From: Lama guanicoe
Lineage: Eukaryota
NCBI GenBank assembly: GCA_013239625.1
Contig: MU053520.1
Location: forward strand, 524,934 to 588,933
Direction: 5' to 3'
Length of the DNA: 64,000 bases
The notes under the pieces were generated by a model. That model ran no database searches and was not told the origin of the DNA. It was given only the letters and a program-made list of their open reading frames with translations. Of the stretch, positions 28,691 to 40,382 are shown piece after piece; within the stretch, counting starts at the first letter, position 1; each line of letters opens with the position of its first letter. The position numbers were made by a program, and so were the translations under genes.

Positions 28691-30060
28691 AAATCAAGGG
28701 AAGGATACAAAGGGAAGGTGATGATTTCAGAGCTCAGTGTTTCAAGGTGAAAAATCCAGAGACTGTAGTCTGACATCTCAGCCTTCTACCTGTAACCAGA
28801 AGTATCCTGAAACCATGGACCAAATACAGCCTGGGATCCCAGGGTCATTGGTCCGGAGAGGGAGGAGCTGGCATCCTGGCCTCCACTCTGGAAGGGAAAA
28901 GAGGTTGCAGTCTTACCATGAGCTGGGACTCTCTGCAGTCTGATTGGGGTGATCTCTTTTTAGTTTAGCATGTGTCTGATCACCAAGGAGCAAGAGGGCT
29001 GCTCAACTGTGATACATGAAGAAAGGGGGAATGCGATAAAGAAGCAAATTAGAATTTGAGGGTCCATATGGAGGCTCCTGAATGAGAAAGCTGGCAGGAG
29101 CATAGAGCTTGTGCTAAAACTGCAGCAGCTAAATTTTCAAAGGCAGAGATGTTTCCTTGCCTGAGCAAGTCTCCCTGGAGGGATACAAAGCCAGTAAGGA
29201 GTTGGAAACATTGCAGCCCATGACTGCTGTCCATGGTGGTGCTTCCTGGAAAAGGCCCCCAAGGATGATGTCACTTGAGCCTGTACACATAGGAGGTAGC
29301 CAAACACTTGATGGCCAGTGAACAAGGCAACAGGGATGGTCATGAGTTCCAGGAGCACCACAGGTCAAAATACTTGCAACAAGGTATGTTGCCACATTAG
29401 GAAGCCAAGGAGAGCTCCCCAGTTTGAAGGGTAAGTTAGTAATAGCTCAAGAGGGAGGTAACCTCGTTGTTGGAGCCATAGGACCATGTGGAGGTCAGTG
29501 GGAAGAAGGAAGGTTAGAGACTGAAGGAGGGTGTTTTTCCAGAGAACCCCAGAGCAGAGATCAGAAAGAAGTGAGGATCCCCAGTAGAACAGAGACCAGT
29601 ATACAAAAGACACATGACCTTGAGATTGGACGTGGCTAGGGTAAGTGTTGTTCCCTGAAGTGTCATCTCAGGCAAAGGAACTGGGTACACTTGAAAAGGG
29701 CCATAGAGAGTCTTTGCTGGCCCTTTCAGCATTTGAAATGTGGCAGAGGAGTAGGAATTATACAGTAGATCAAACAGATGTAGCATGTATGAGCTAAGAA
29801 GTAACAGAAATTACATGGGGTCCTGAAGTCTGGTAAGTCAGATGCTGAATAACTTCGAGGTCTGCAGAAGAGAGTGGTTATGGAGAGACCATAATGAAGA
29901 CAAGTAGTCCAGCATAAGTGATCAGTGACCTGAGCCTGCTGTGGCTCTAGCGGGACACTGACCCCTACCACCCTGAGCTCTGGGAATGACTAGGGGGTGC
30001 CGGTCCTGGAGGAGGCAAAGCCATGGCCTGGGTGTCCCAGTTTGGATGCCTGCTGCAGGA

Positions 30061-30973
30061 GAGGAAAAGTACACCTCCAAAAATGGCAGGTGGGCTAGTC
30101 CAAGGAAGGAAAAGTGAGATCTTTATCTTTTCCTCTTATATCCTCCCTCAGAGGTGGTCTTTTGATTGGTTGACAGCTCTTGCTCCTGGAATGCCTAGTC
30201 ATGTTTGTTCTCTTCATGCATGCCTTTACCCATGAAACTGTTGACTGAAAGAAATGCACAGCCTAAAAGTTGAGAGTTATGTTTTATTTGGCAGAAGGAC
30301 TTGAGCCTGGCATGACAGCCTCTCAGATCTCTCTGAGGGACTGTTCCAAAGAGGTAAGGGAGGAGCTAGGATATATAGGAGTTTTATAACAAAGAGTCAG
30401 GTAGTTGGAACATTAAAAGATTACTTGTTAACTAAAGAAAATCAAGCATCTCAAGTTAAAGAATTTAGTGCTTTTCTAGGTATGGGAGGGAGCAAACACT
30501 TGGGCTCATTGAATTCATTCCTTTGATGAGCATCAGCTATCTAGGGCCAGTGTCCTGTCCTCTCTTATTCTGAGTCCCCTCAGAATGCACACTGTGAGCA
30601 GCAGCAGAGGCTGGGTTGCAGGCTTGTCTTCACTGGGGGGTGGTAGTAGCCACTGATGAATTGATGGCTTCAGCGTTCTTTGTTTATTGATATGGTATGT
30701 AGTACTTTTTGTTCATAATGCACACAGAAAATCTCATGGGAGGGCCTAAACTGCAATGGTAGTTATATTACAATGAGTATTGGGTCATTTCTGGTAAAGT
30801 CCTTCTGGGTACCATGCTTGGGGCTATTGAGTTCTAACCAGTTTCTTGCTGGCACTCATTTAGAGGAGGTAAAGACCCTTTCTGCTGGAGGCAGGCATAA
30901 TGCCATCTTCTGGACCATCCTCCTTCTCCTCCACCTATCTGACTGGTGCCCCAACTTATCTAACTACCTAAAA
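30061..30973 (-). repeat. 5'-side family X LTR, lacking its R/U5 end and interrupted by a nested LTR
   Basis: Aligns by eye to 22685-23113 once 30239-30717 is removed. Confidence 0.88.
30239..30717 (-). mobile_element. MER41-like (artiodactyl-type) solo LTR nested in the family X LTR
   Basis: tgttgactgaaa...aaagttgagagttatgttttatt...gttcata. Degenerate 4-bp TSD aaac/atgc (the uninterrupted site in the solo copy reads atac). Family name from recollection. Confidence 0.8.
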
Positions 30974-31889
30974 TATTTATTTCCTCTGTCAATCTTTATT
31001 TCCACTGATTCTACCTGACACTATGTTTTTATTTTTTTCCTGCCTTAACTGCTACAGTAGATTCACATTGATCTTTCCCCTACTCTCTCCTGGCTCCAAC
31101 ATCTCCTTTGCATCACAGACAGTAGCATTTTTAATGTGCAAATGTGACAGTTTCGCTGCTTTCAAATTTAAGTAAATGCATAAAATAAAATGGGCAAAAA
31201 AATAAAGTTTCACATCTCTTGAGGGGGCGGGGGTGGGGAGGTAGGCATGTGTGAAAAGACTTTCCATCATCTACTGCTTCAATGTATCTAATTCTCCTTT
31301 TGCCCTGGATAGAAATACATCTTCTTCCTTAGCCATATTTACTTACTAAACTGTTCTATAAATATATCACTGTCTTTTATCTTTCTATATCTTTGAGTAT
31401 TCTGTTTCCATAGGTAAGAATCTTTTCATCACTTAAAATTTACTATAACTCCTGTAAGCAAACTTTTCATGAATGGCCTTGGACCCTCACAAAAGTAACT
31501 AAGCCTCTTCTAGTTTGATATTGTTCCATAGCACATTGCATATCTTGTTTGGATTCATTTATCCCATTATTTAGTAGCTCAGCTGAATGGAAAGTTTGGA
31601 GCTATGTGTCAGGATGAATTATGATTATCAGAGCTGGGTCAACTTGATGCAGTGAAAATGCATTTAAGGTTAGATTTTCCTGAGTCCCTAATTCTAGAAT
31701 GTGGAGATTCAACTGCTTATGTTTTTCCTGCCTTAGTTTCGTACTGGTCATAAGGATTTGGCAGGTTGTAGGACAAAGCAATGAGTGAAAAAGATGACTT
31801 TAGTAGCTCAGAACCAAAGAAGGCTCTCATCTAGATCTGCACAAGAGAATATCTATTAAATGAACACCTCTTCCAGTCTTGACAGTAGT

Positions 31890-33250
31890 CTCCTGTAGGG
31901 GATGAGCCTGGCCTGAGCTCTGGATTGTCTCTCAAACCTTGGTGATTATGTAAACCCCTTTCTTTGTTCTTAGTGGCTCCCAGGAGTTGAGGATATGTGG
32001 AAGGCCTGCCAGTATCCCAAGGGAAGGATCTCAGTCAGCCTCTAAAGGTTTGCTAAATTAGAAGCCTGACCCTCAGGCAACAGAATTTAAAGTAGGCAAA
32101 TAGGCCTCTTTCATGGAAAGCCTGGGAGATGGGCATTTTTGTTTGTTCTCACTGTGTTGGCCCTGGGGGATTAGCCACAGCAAGTCCTCCCAAGCTCTTT
32201 TCAGAACTGTTTCTGTGTTTGCAAAATCTGGTGGGTCTCATGGACACAAGCTTTCAGAGCTAGGTGTTTTTCAGGTCAGTCCCTCATGTGTAGATCTTAA
32301 AAGATGGGGCAGCAGATGTTGGGTCTGAAACCCTCACTCTTCAAGGAGAAACTAACTGGGGGTTGTGAGTACCCTCCCAGTTGTGGGGTTTATGGACAGT
32401 GTGTTTCATCCTGGCTTACCCATTTCAATGTGGATATTTTCTCATTCACCTGTTGTGTATGAGTTGTTCAACCAGTTTCTGTACCTCTTTCAGATAGTAC
32501 TGCACTGTCCATAGCAGCAGATTTGTTGAGTTCCTGGGAGAAGGTGAGTTCAGGAGATTCCTATTGTTAGAGCAGGCAGATAGCTAGATGTGAGCAGAGA
32601 AAGGGGGGTGCAGACCATATGGCAGGAATTAGGCAGAAAGGAGGAGCACAGGCCAAATGCAAGGAACCATACATCATGTAAGCATCAGTGGTCCCTGGGC
32701 AGATAAAGAAAAGCAAGAACCTAGGGACCAATAAGTGGTCATATATTTTTGGGTCATGAGTGGCCTGGAGATGAACAAAGAAAGGTGAGGAAAGGCAGGA
32801 ATTTCTAGTGTCCAAATGTAACCTTTTGCTCATTATGCCCTCATTACAATAAAATCAGCCTTGCAGATTAGAAGTACCCATCATGCACCGACACCATGAC
32901 ACTTCTAATCCAGACTAAATAAGGACAAAAATCCCTCCTCCCTTTGGGAAGGTGAAGTTGAGATGATAATCAGAGAATACAGCCCCAAACCCTTCCCTCC
33001 CCAATGAACATTCCACCCACTAATTTTTACACCTTATGTAACTAATTTGCCAAAACAACTCAGGGCAGCTGCTCACCTGAGCCTGCCCGCAGTCCCCTTG
33101 AGAGTGTACTATCCATCCATTAATAAATTCTCACTTTACTTTTTTAACCAGTACGCCTTGTCTCTGAATTCTTTCTGGGATAGGACAAGAACCTGGAACA
33201 CTGGTTGCATCCACTGGCAACACTATGTCTCCATCTTGGACCAGAACTCT
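31890..33250 (-). mobile_element. L1 5' UTR fragment, interrupted by a solo LTR
   Basis: With the LTR removed, the minus strand reads ccaagatggagacataggaatctcctgaactcaccttctccc, a typical L1 5' terminus. Confidence 0.7.
32565..33222 (+). mobile_element. 658-bp solo LTR (ERV1-type)
   Basis: tgttag...gcaaca termini, AATAAA at 33122, perfect 4-bp TSD CTAT (32561-32564 and 33223-33226). Confidence 0.95.
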
Positions 33251-33389
33251 GAGAATATATACTGAATATTGTATCAGAAAAATGAATTTCAAATTTAAGC
33301 TCTATCAGTTACAACTCTAGTGACCATGAGCAATTTACTTACCTTCCCTAGGTCTTATTTTTTACAACTATAAAACAAGTTTAACAGTA

Positions 33390-34230
33390 TGTGAATGAAA
33401 ATATTGCCTGTCATGTCAGTAAACAAATGATGCTGCAACCATCAAGTCATCAGCCACAACCATAGGCCCAAACAGCTAACTAGAAGGAGTTCAGGATGGA
33501 GACAAACAGGCATCATCACTTCTGCCACTACCCACAGCAGTGCACCCTAAGGGTACTTGGGATGGGAAAGAACAGGATACTGGCCCCAGACATGCATATC
33601 AAAATTTTACCCCAGAAGGAAATGAGAAAAGACCCCAGTTCTTGTTATATTTGAAAGATAAGAATTCAGATGGGAGACAGAAAGTGTTGTGCAGCAAAAG
33701 ATTTTAAAGAATTTATTTAGGAAAGGAAAAGTACACTTCTAAGAACAGGATGTGGGCTGATCCAAGGGAACAAAAGCAATGTCTCATTTTTCCCCTTTCA
33801 CTCATAACCTCACTTTGAGGTGGTCTTTTGATTGATGTCTCTTGCTCCTGCAATGCCTAGCCATGTTTGTCCTCTTTGCTCATGTCCTTACCCATGATAC
33901 ACACAGAAAAACCCATGGGGGGACCTAAACCTCAATGCTAGTTATATTACAATGAGCACTAGGCCATGTCTAGTTAGGTCCTTCTCACTACTATACAGTT
34001 GTGGCTATTGGGTTCTAACCATTTTTTTGTTGTTGTTGGTGGTGATCATTTAGAGGAAGCAAGGTCCCTTTATTCTGGAAGCAGGCATAACACCATATTC
34101 TGGACCATTCTGTCTCTCCTCCATCTATCAGCCTGGTGCCTCCACTTATATAATTACCTAACAAAAGAAATAATTTTAATGAGCTCAAATTTTTGCATTT
34201 TCCCATATATAGGAAAATGATAAATTCTGG
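33390..34230 (+). mobile_element. MER41-like LTR, split by a family X solo LTR and cut off at the ORF1-only element
   Basis: 33390-33604 and 34164-34227 are collinear with the reverse complement of 30239-30717. Confidence 0.8.
33605..34163 (-). mobile_element. Family X solo LTR
   Basis: Full-length homology to 22571-23113 (e.g. aagaattcagatgggagacag, atttatttaggaaaggaaaagta). Flanks aaaa/aaag. Confidence 0.92.
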
Positions 34231-34235
34231 ACTAT

Positions 34236-36692
34236 GAGAGAGAAGCAAGATTGTGGAGTAGAAGGATGCTTATAGCTCACGCTTTCCCACAAATACACCA
34301 AAACTCACATCTACGGACCCACTCAGACAGCCAGCGCACCTGCCAAACTCTGACAGAACATTGCCCTCTTCAAAAAACAAAGACACCAAAAATCTGGTAG
34401 AAGAAAAGGAAAAAAGAAAGAAGAAAAAGCAAAACAGTGCAGCAAAGGAGGAATAGGACTTGTTCGCTGGGTCTCCTCCCTCCAATGGAGAGGCCAACGG
34501 GACAGAGGAGGAGCCTCCAAGGCCCAGAACTGCCCCAAGCACCTCTTGATGACAGAACTAAGTTAAATGGGCACAAAGGGTCTCCACAACATCCAGCCCG
34601 AGATAAGAGCTGGCAGCTGGGGGCTGGGACATGTTGCCAGAGCTGGGCAGAGGACCGTGGCCACTGCACTGAGGCAGCCCTGGGGGACTGCAGAGTGCTG
34701 CACACTGTGGCTGGGAGGGGATACAGAGCAGAACAACCTCGGTTCCCCATAAATTGTGAAAAAAGCAAAGCAACAAGGCAGGTGTGCCCTGGGGGCAGGG
34801 GCACCATAGCCTTTGTCTCCTCAGACCTGCGGTACCATTACTGGTGCTTCTCACGAGAAGAGAGGCAGGGTGCAGCCACAGCCGCTATCTCCTCCTGTGT
34901 GCAGTGCCTGGGCAGTGGCGGGGCCCAGCCCTGAATCCTCACCTGGGGGCTGTGCAACCTCCTAGGAAGGACTGAGACTTGTTTACAGCTGGAGGCAGAT
35001 AGGATCTTTCTGCCATGGAACCTCAGAGAACTTGCGCCACCAAGACCAACAAGGAGCTGAGATTTGGCACAGAACAAGGGCAGGGCTGTTCTGCTGTCTT
35101 CCCCGAGCCCGCTTACAGAGTGCCAATCTGAGGCGGAGCAGGCAGCTGTACAGAGCAGCGGAGCGACCAGTGCCTGGAGAGGGCAGGCAGCCACCCACCT
35201 TCCTGGCAGGAATGCATCACCTGACTGCGGTGCTGGGAGGGGGCGCGATCCACCCACCTGCCTTGCCCAAGTACAGCATCCAACTGCAGCATCAGGAGGG
35301 GGAGTGATTCGCCCACCACCAGCCACAGTGCCAGAGAGATATGAGCAATATAAAGAAGCAGAGGAACCACTTCCGATTAAAAGATAAAGAAAAATCCCCT
35401 GAAAGCACGATCAAGGAAATAGACATTGATGACCTACTAGATCAAGATTTCATAGAAGGAGTGATTAAAGTACTAAAGGAACTAAAAGAAATAGTGTTTA
35501 GAGATATAAAATATGCCAGAAATGAAATAGAAGCTATAAAGATGAACCAAGTAGAATTAGTAAACTGATTTGCTGAGATGAGAGCTGACCTAAAGAATGT
35601 TCAAAGCAGGCTGGATAATGCAGAGGAACGAATAAGTGACCTAGAAGACAGGACAACAGAAAGCACCTAATCAGAACAGCTAAAAGAAAAAAAAAATAAA
35701 AAACAATGAAAACAATATAAGGGACATATGGGATAATATAAAGCATGCCAATCTACGCATAATAGGAGTTCCAGAAGGGGAAGAAAGAACAAAGGGGATT
35801 GAAAAGATATTTGAAGAAATTATGACTGAAAACTTCTCAAACCTAAAGAAGGAATCGGATATCCCAGTACAGGAGGCTCAGAGGGTCCCAACAAGGAAGA
35901 ACCCAAACAGACCCACACCAAGACATATCATCATCAAGATGACCAGAGTCAAGGATAAAGAAATGATCCTAAAGGCAGCAAGGGAGAAACAAAGAGTGAG
36001 TTACAAGGGAACCCCCATAACGATCTCAGCTGATTTCTCTACACAAACACTACAAGCCAGAAGGGAGTGGCAAGATATATTCAAAGTCTTGAATGAAAAA
36101 AAGATGCAGCCTAGATTACTCTACCCAGCAAGGCTATCCTTTAGAATAGAAGGAGAGATAAAGAACTTCACAGACAAGCAAAAACTAAAAGAGTTTAGCA
36201 ACACTAAACCCATGCTAAAAGAAATATTGACAGGTCTACTCTAAATAGAAAAGAAGCAAGATGCTACAAAAATGAGAAACTCATAACTGGAAAGGTGATA
36301 ACTGCCATGAATTCCCAATAGAATAAACACAAAGTTGTAAAAGAAGACATCTAAATCATTAAGAATGGGAGAGGGAAGCAAGGAAAGCCACTGTGGGAAA
36401 CAGTATGGAGATTCCTCTAAATACTAGGAATAGACTTACCATATGACCCAGGAATCCTGCTCCTGCGCATATCCAGAAGGAACCCTACTGCAAAATGACA
36501 CCTGCACCACAATGTTCATAGCAGCACTATTTACGATAGCCAAGACATGGAAACAGCCTGAATGTCCATCAACAGATGACTGGATAAAGAAGATGTGGCA
36601 TATTTATACAATGGAATACTACTCAGCCATAAAAACCGACAACATAATGCCATTTGCAGCAACATGGATGCTCCTAGAGAATGTCATTCTAG
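34236..36692 (+). mobile_element. Non-autonomous ORF1-only L1 derivative (HAL1-like), copy 1, 3' end lost
   Basis: GC-rich ~1.1 kb 5' UTR, ORF1, ~140 bp spacer, then a direct join at 36387/36388 to the ORF2 C-terminal end. Confidence 0.92.
35341..36244 (+). pseudogene. L1 ORF1p (coiled coil, RRM, CTD), with two premature stops and a frameshift
   Basis: MSNIKKQRNH...; ENFSNLKKE; PTPRHIIIK; ARREWQDIF; YPARLSF. Stops TGA 35566 and TAA 35668 read TCA and CAA in copy 2. Confidence 0.95.
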
Positions 36693-36975
36693 GAATTCTT
36701 TAAATATGCTGCATACTAATTCTTTATAATACATATGATTTGCAAATACAGTATCTTAGGTTGTGGTTTATCATTACATTGTCTGAGGGGTGTATTTTAA
36801 AACACAAATCTTTATAGATTGAATGAAGTCCTCTTCATGACTTATTAGGGACTGTAATTTTTGTGTTATCTCTAAGAAATATTTTTCTAAAGCTAGGTCA
36901 CAATTATCGTCTCTCATTTTTTTTTATAGATGCTTTATAGTTTTAGCAATGTGATCCATTTGAGCTTAATATCCA
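36693..36975 (-). mobile_element. Old L1 ORF2 fragment
   Basis: gatttgcaaata...tttatagttttagc...tgatccatttgag are antisense ORF2 motifs. Confidence 0.6.
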
Positions 36976-37844
36976 TGCTGAGTATACTGGTTGGTGTGAC
37001 ACTAGGGATGAAGAAAATGGAACAAGTTGTTCCTGAGAATTGATTACCTTCATTCAAGTCAGTGCCCTGTATCTTGAAATTCTTAATTATTAATAAGGAG
37101 CAATTCATGTGAAAGTTTTAGAAACATTGTCTACTTTTCTGTCGGACATATAACTGGGACGTATGATGTAGGGATTGTGATTGAATTCTTCCTTTGGGCT
37201 CCTGAAATTTATCTAACCTAACAGAATTAAACTGTATCTAAAATGTGGCTAGGCAGCTCTTCAGACTGTCACTGAAATCACCATTAAGGTTCAATTATGG
37301 TACAGAATCTTTTAACGAGTGACAGACTATGCTTTTAGTTATAGAACCAGGGCTTATCACATTGAGAAACAATTGAAACTATTCAAATTCTCTCCTTGTC
37401 ACCTGTGGATAGAATTATTTTCACATCAGCTTTGTACTAACTACATGTACAAAACTGAAACACTGAAGACCAAGTTTAATTTGCTCATCCTAAGGTGGAG
37501 CATAAATACTATACATTGAGATATTGAATTCAAAAGTATACACCAAACCAAAATAGTTTGGTTTTATCTTTTATGCAGAGCACCATGATATATACAGATA
37601 TATAGCTATATATATAGATATCAAAGATATATTATTATTTCTGTCATATCTAAGGATGCAAAACACAGAAAATAGTTATGCCAACAATAATTTCTTTCAG
37701 TTCTTTCTATAAAGTAGCATGTGTATGTTTTAATGGACAAATTACAAGTTAAAATCCTTACATTCTGTCATTTTCAGTGTCAAATGTACCCAAAGCCAAA
37801 TATAGCAAGACCTGTCACATCATTATAAAATTATTGGTAAGATT

Positions 37845-38345
37845 CCATATTATTTTTCTATTGCTGCTGTAACAAATTACCACAGGGTTAGAAGTTTGCA
37901 GTGGCATCCATTTACTGCCTCACATTCCATGGTTAGAAGTCTCAGCAGAGTGCGTCTCAACTGAATCCTCTCTGCAGGGCCTCACAAGGTCTAAGCCTGA
38001 GTGAAGATGCCAGCTGACCGGCCTGTTAGCGTGAGGCTCTGAAGAAGACTCTGTTTCCACATTCATTCAGGCTGTTGGAAGAATTCCTTATAGTTGTAAT
38101 TAATTTGCAAGTAAACAGCAGCGTATTGAATCCCTGTTCTCTGAGTTTCTGACTTCCACTCCTGCTACCAGCTGGAGAAGAACCTTGCAAGGGCTAACAT
38201 GATCAGATTGATTAGGTCTACCCAGATAACCTAATATTTTATGGTCAAGTAACGTAATTCTAATTACATCTGCCAGGTCCCTTTTCCTGTATTCACAGGA
38301 CTAACATCAGGAAGCCAAGATTATGGGGGTCAAAGTTCTTCCTAT
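37845..38345 (-). mobile_element. MaLR (MLT1-type) solo LTR
   Basis: ctattgctgctgtaacaaattaccac...ttcattcaggctgttggaagaattc...taattacatctgc, typical MLT1 motifs. Confidence 0.8.
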
Positions 38346-39258
38346 TACTGGCTCTTAACTTGAAATGAATATATGATATTATTATATTGAACATGAAGCC
38401 CTTCCATTATTTTTAAAATTATTACCCCAGTAGCCAGTTGATACCAAAAATAGAGCTCAATGAAGCTTAAATTTACTGTGATCGCTTCTAGGCCCATTCT
38501 CCACCTGCTAATCTCCAGCAAGACATCTCTAATCCAAGAACGCAAATGGAGATACAGGATTTGATAATTACACTTTTTATGTACTAGTTAAGGATGTCAT
38601 CAATAGCTGTTGAACCACTGAGTTTTAGAAGTCATTACTCCCACTTGCTAATAGCTTTATGCAATTTTTTTAAATGTGAATTTTCAAACTTTGCCTTTAC
38701 ATTGTTAAAAATATATAGTGAGAACTTTGAAATTTTCTGTCCATCTAAGTATATTTAAATGCATGTATATAATTTTAAAAGCATGGTAAATGTGCTTTGC
38801 TCAAGTGAAAGTGTGATAATAAGCAACACTTGCTTATAAAAAGAAGAGAACATGATAATCAATAAAACATGAACTTAATTTATATTGAAATTTAGCATCT
38901 TAAAGATCCTTTCATATGCATCGCATATTTTCTGTTGAAGGCATAATCAATATCACTTAAAGATGAAGTTAGTTGAAGTTTGCTTCTTAATTTCTTGAAG
39001 TCCAGAAGTGTTAAATCAGACTGTTTAACATACATTATGCTATGTATATGTCCAGCACTCTGTAAGGCTGTTGAGTGTTTCTGAAACAAGAGAAATGTTT
39101 ACAGCACCTTTTGCTGTTACTAGTTAAAATAAGAAAATTTAGATTCAGGAAGTGGCAGACTTTGGATTTTAAATACTAAAGCCTAAATCTGTTTCATGCT
39201 AAGATTCCATTTTGCCTTCAGATTTGGAATTTAAAAAGCCTCAAAAAGAATTTAAAAA

Positions 39259-39716
39259 TTGGCTATTGTAAATAGTGCTGCTATGAGTGCAAAAATGCAG
39301 CAACATGGATGGACCTAAGATCATCATTCTAAGTGAAGTAAGCCAGAAAGAGAAAGAAAAATACCATGTGGTATCACTTATATGTGGAATCTTAAAAAAA
39401 AAAAAAGAAAAGATAAAGAAAAAGAAAAAAGAATACACTAACAAATGTATCTACAAAATAGAAACAGACTCACAGACAGAGTAAAAAAACTTATGGTTAC
39501 AGCAGGGGTGGGTAAGTACTGTATATAAAACAAATTTAAAAGGCAAATTTCTTCTGTATAGTGCAGGGAACCATATTAATAATTTGTAGTAACTTATAAT
39601 GAAAAAGAATATGAAAATGAATATATGTATGTGTATGCATGACTGAAACTAAATTATGCTGTACACCAGAAATTGATGCAACACTGTAACTGACTATATT
39701 TCAGTTAAAAAAATAA
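39259..39716 (+). mobile_element. Short L1 3' end with a 28-bp inverted 5' segment
   Basis: tgcagcaacatggatggacc...aagtgaagtaagccagaaagag...A tail. 39259-39286 is the reverse complement of tcatagcagcactatttacaatagccaa. Confidence 0.9.
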
Positions 39717-40382
39717 AAGTCTGCTGGATTTGGCCATTCGGAGATAATTAGAAAGCAAATTTAAAAAATAGATAAACAGTAAGGAAGAAAGCCAACCTGT
39801 GACGGCATAAGATTTTGCCTGAGTGAAATCTGGAGAAATGGAGCCATCAAGTGATCACTTACAAGAAGTTTAGAAGCTGTAAAACAAGTTGTAAGATGAA
39901 AGGTTGAGGAGAGAAGGAAAGGCACAGAAACATTTCTTGCTTTGCCGTTTTTTCATTCTAAGAATGAGCATTGTCTCAGAATGCTTGTAGCCAGAGAACA
40001 AGCAAAGGGAGGAGCAGAATTTTAAAAGGGTCAAAGATGGTGCAAAGTCAGGGAAGAGATAAAAGGGGATAAAATCAAGAAACAGGTGAAGATTTTTTTT
40101 TTTCAGAAAAGAGGATGAATATTGTCTCTTCAAAAGAAGAAAATGAGGCTGTGGGATTTGTCATTTTGAAGCACAGGAGGGTTAACTTGACAGCTTGCAT
40201 TGCATGACTACTATTTAGTTGAAGTTAAGAGGTAAGAAGATCTATGAAAACTGACTTTAGCAGTTCATAGAATCTAAGTGGTGGTGACAACTCCCATATG
40301 AAAATAAAAAAAAATGATTAGCTTATTAGTTACAAATTCAGGTATACAGTCAGAGTATAAATCCTGGCTCTACCATTTAAAC

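Larger units (their letters stand above)
22571..30973 (-). mobile_element. Decayed ERV1-class (gammaretrovirus-like, HERV-W/9/H-related) provirus
   Basis: Related LTRs at both ends, gag-pro-pol motifs in the correct order, env TM remnant and a polypurine tract. Confidence 0.95.

Noticed and set aside
21540..33250. Idea that the L1 5' end at 31890-33250 belongs to the L1 at 15590-21540, split by the provirus
   Set aside because: About 1 kb of non-L1 sequence lies on each side of the provirus, and I found no shared TSD.
34270..35390. Cluster of overlapping 60-165 aa ORFs on both strands
   Set aside because: They lie in the GC-rich L1-type 5' UTR where stops are rare, and have no recognisable domains.
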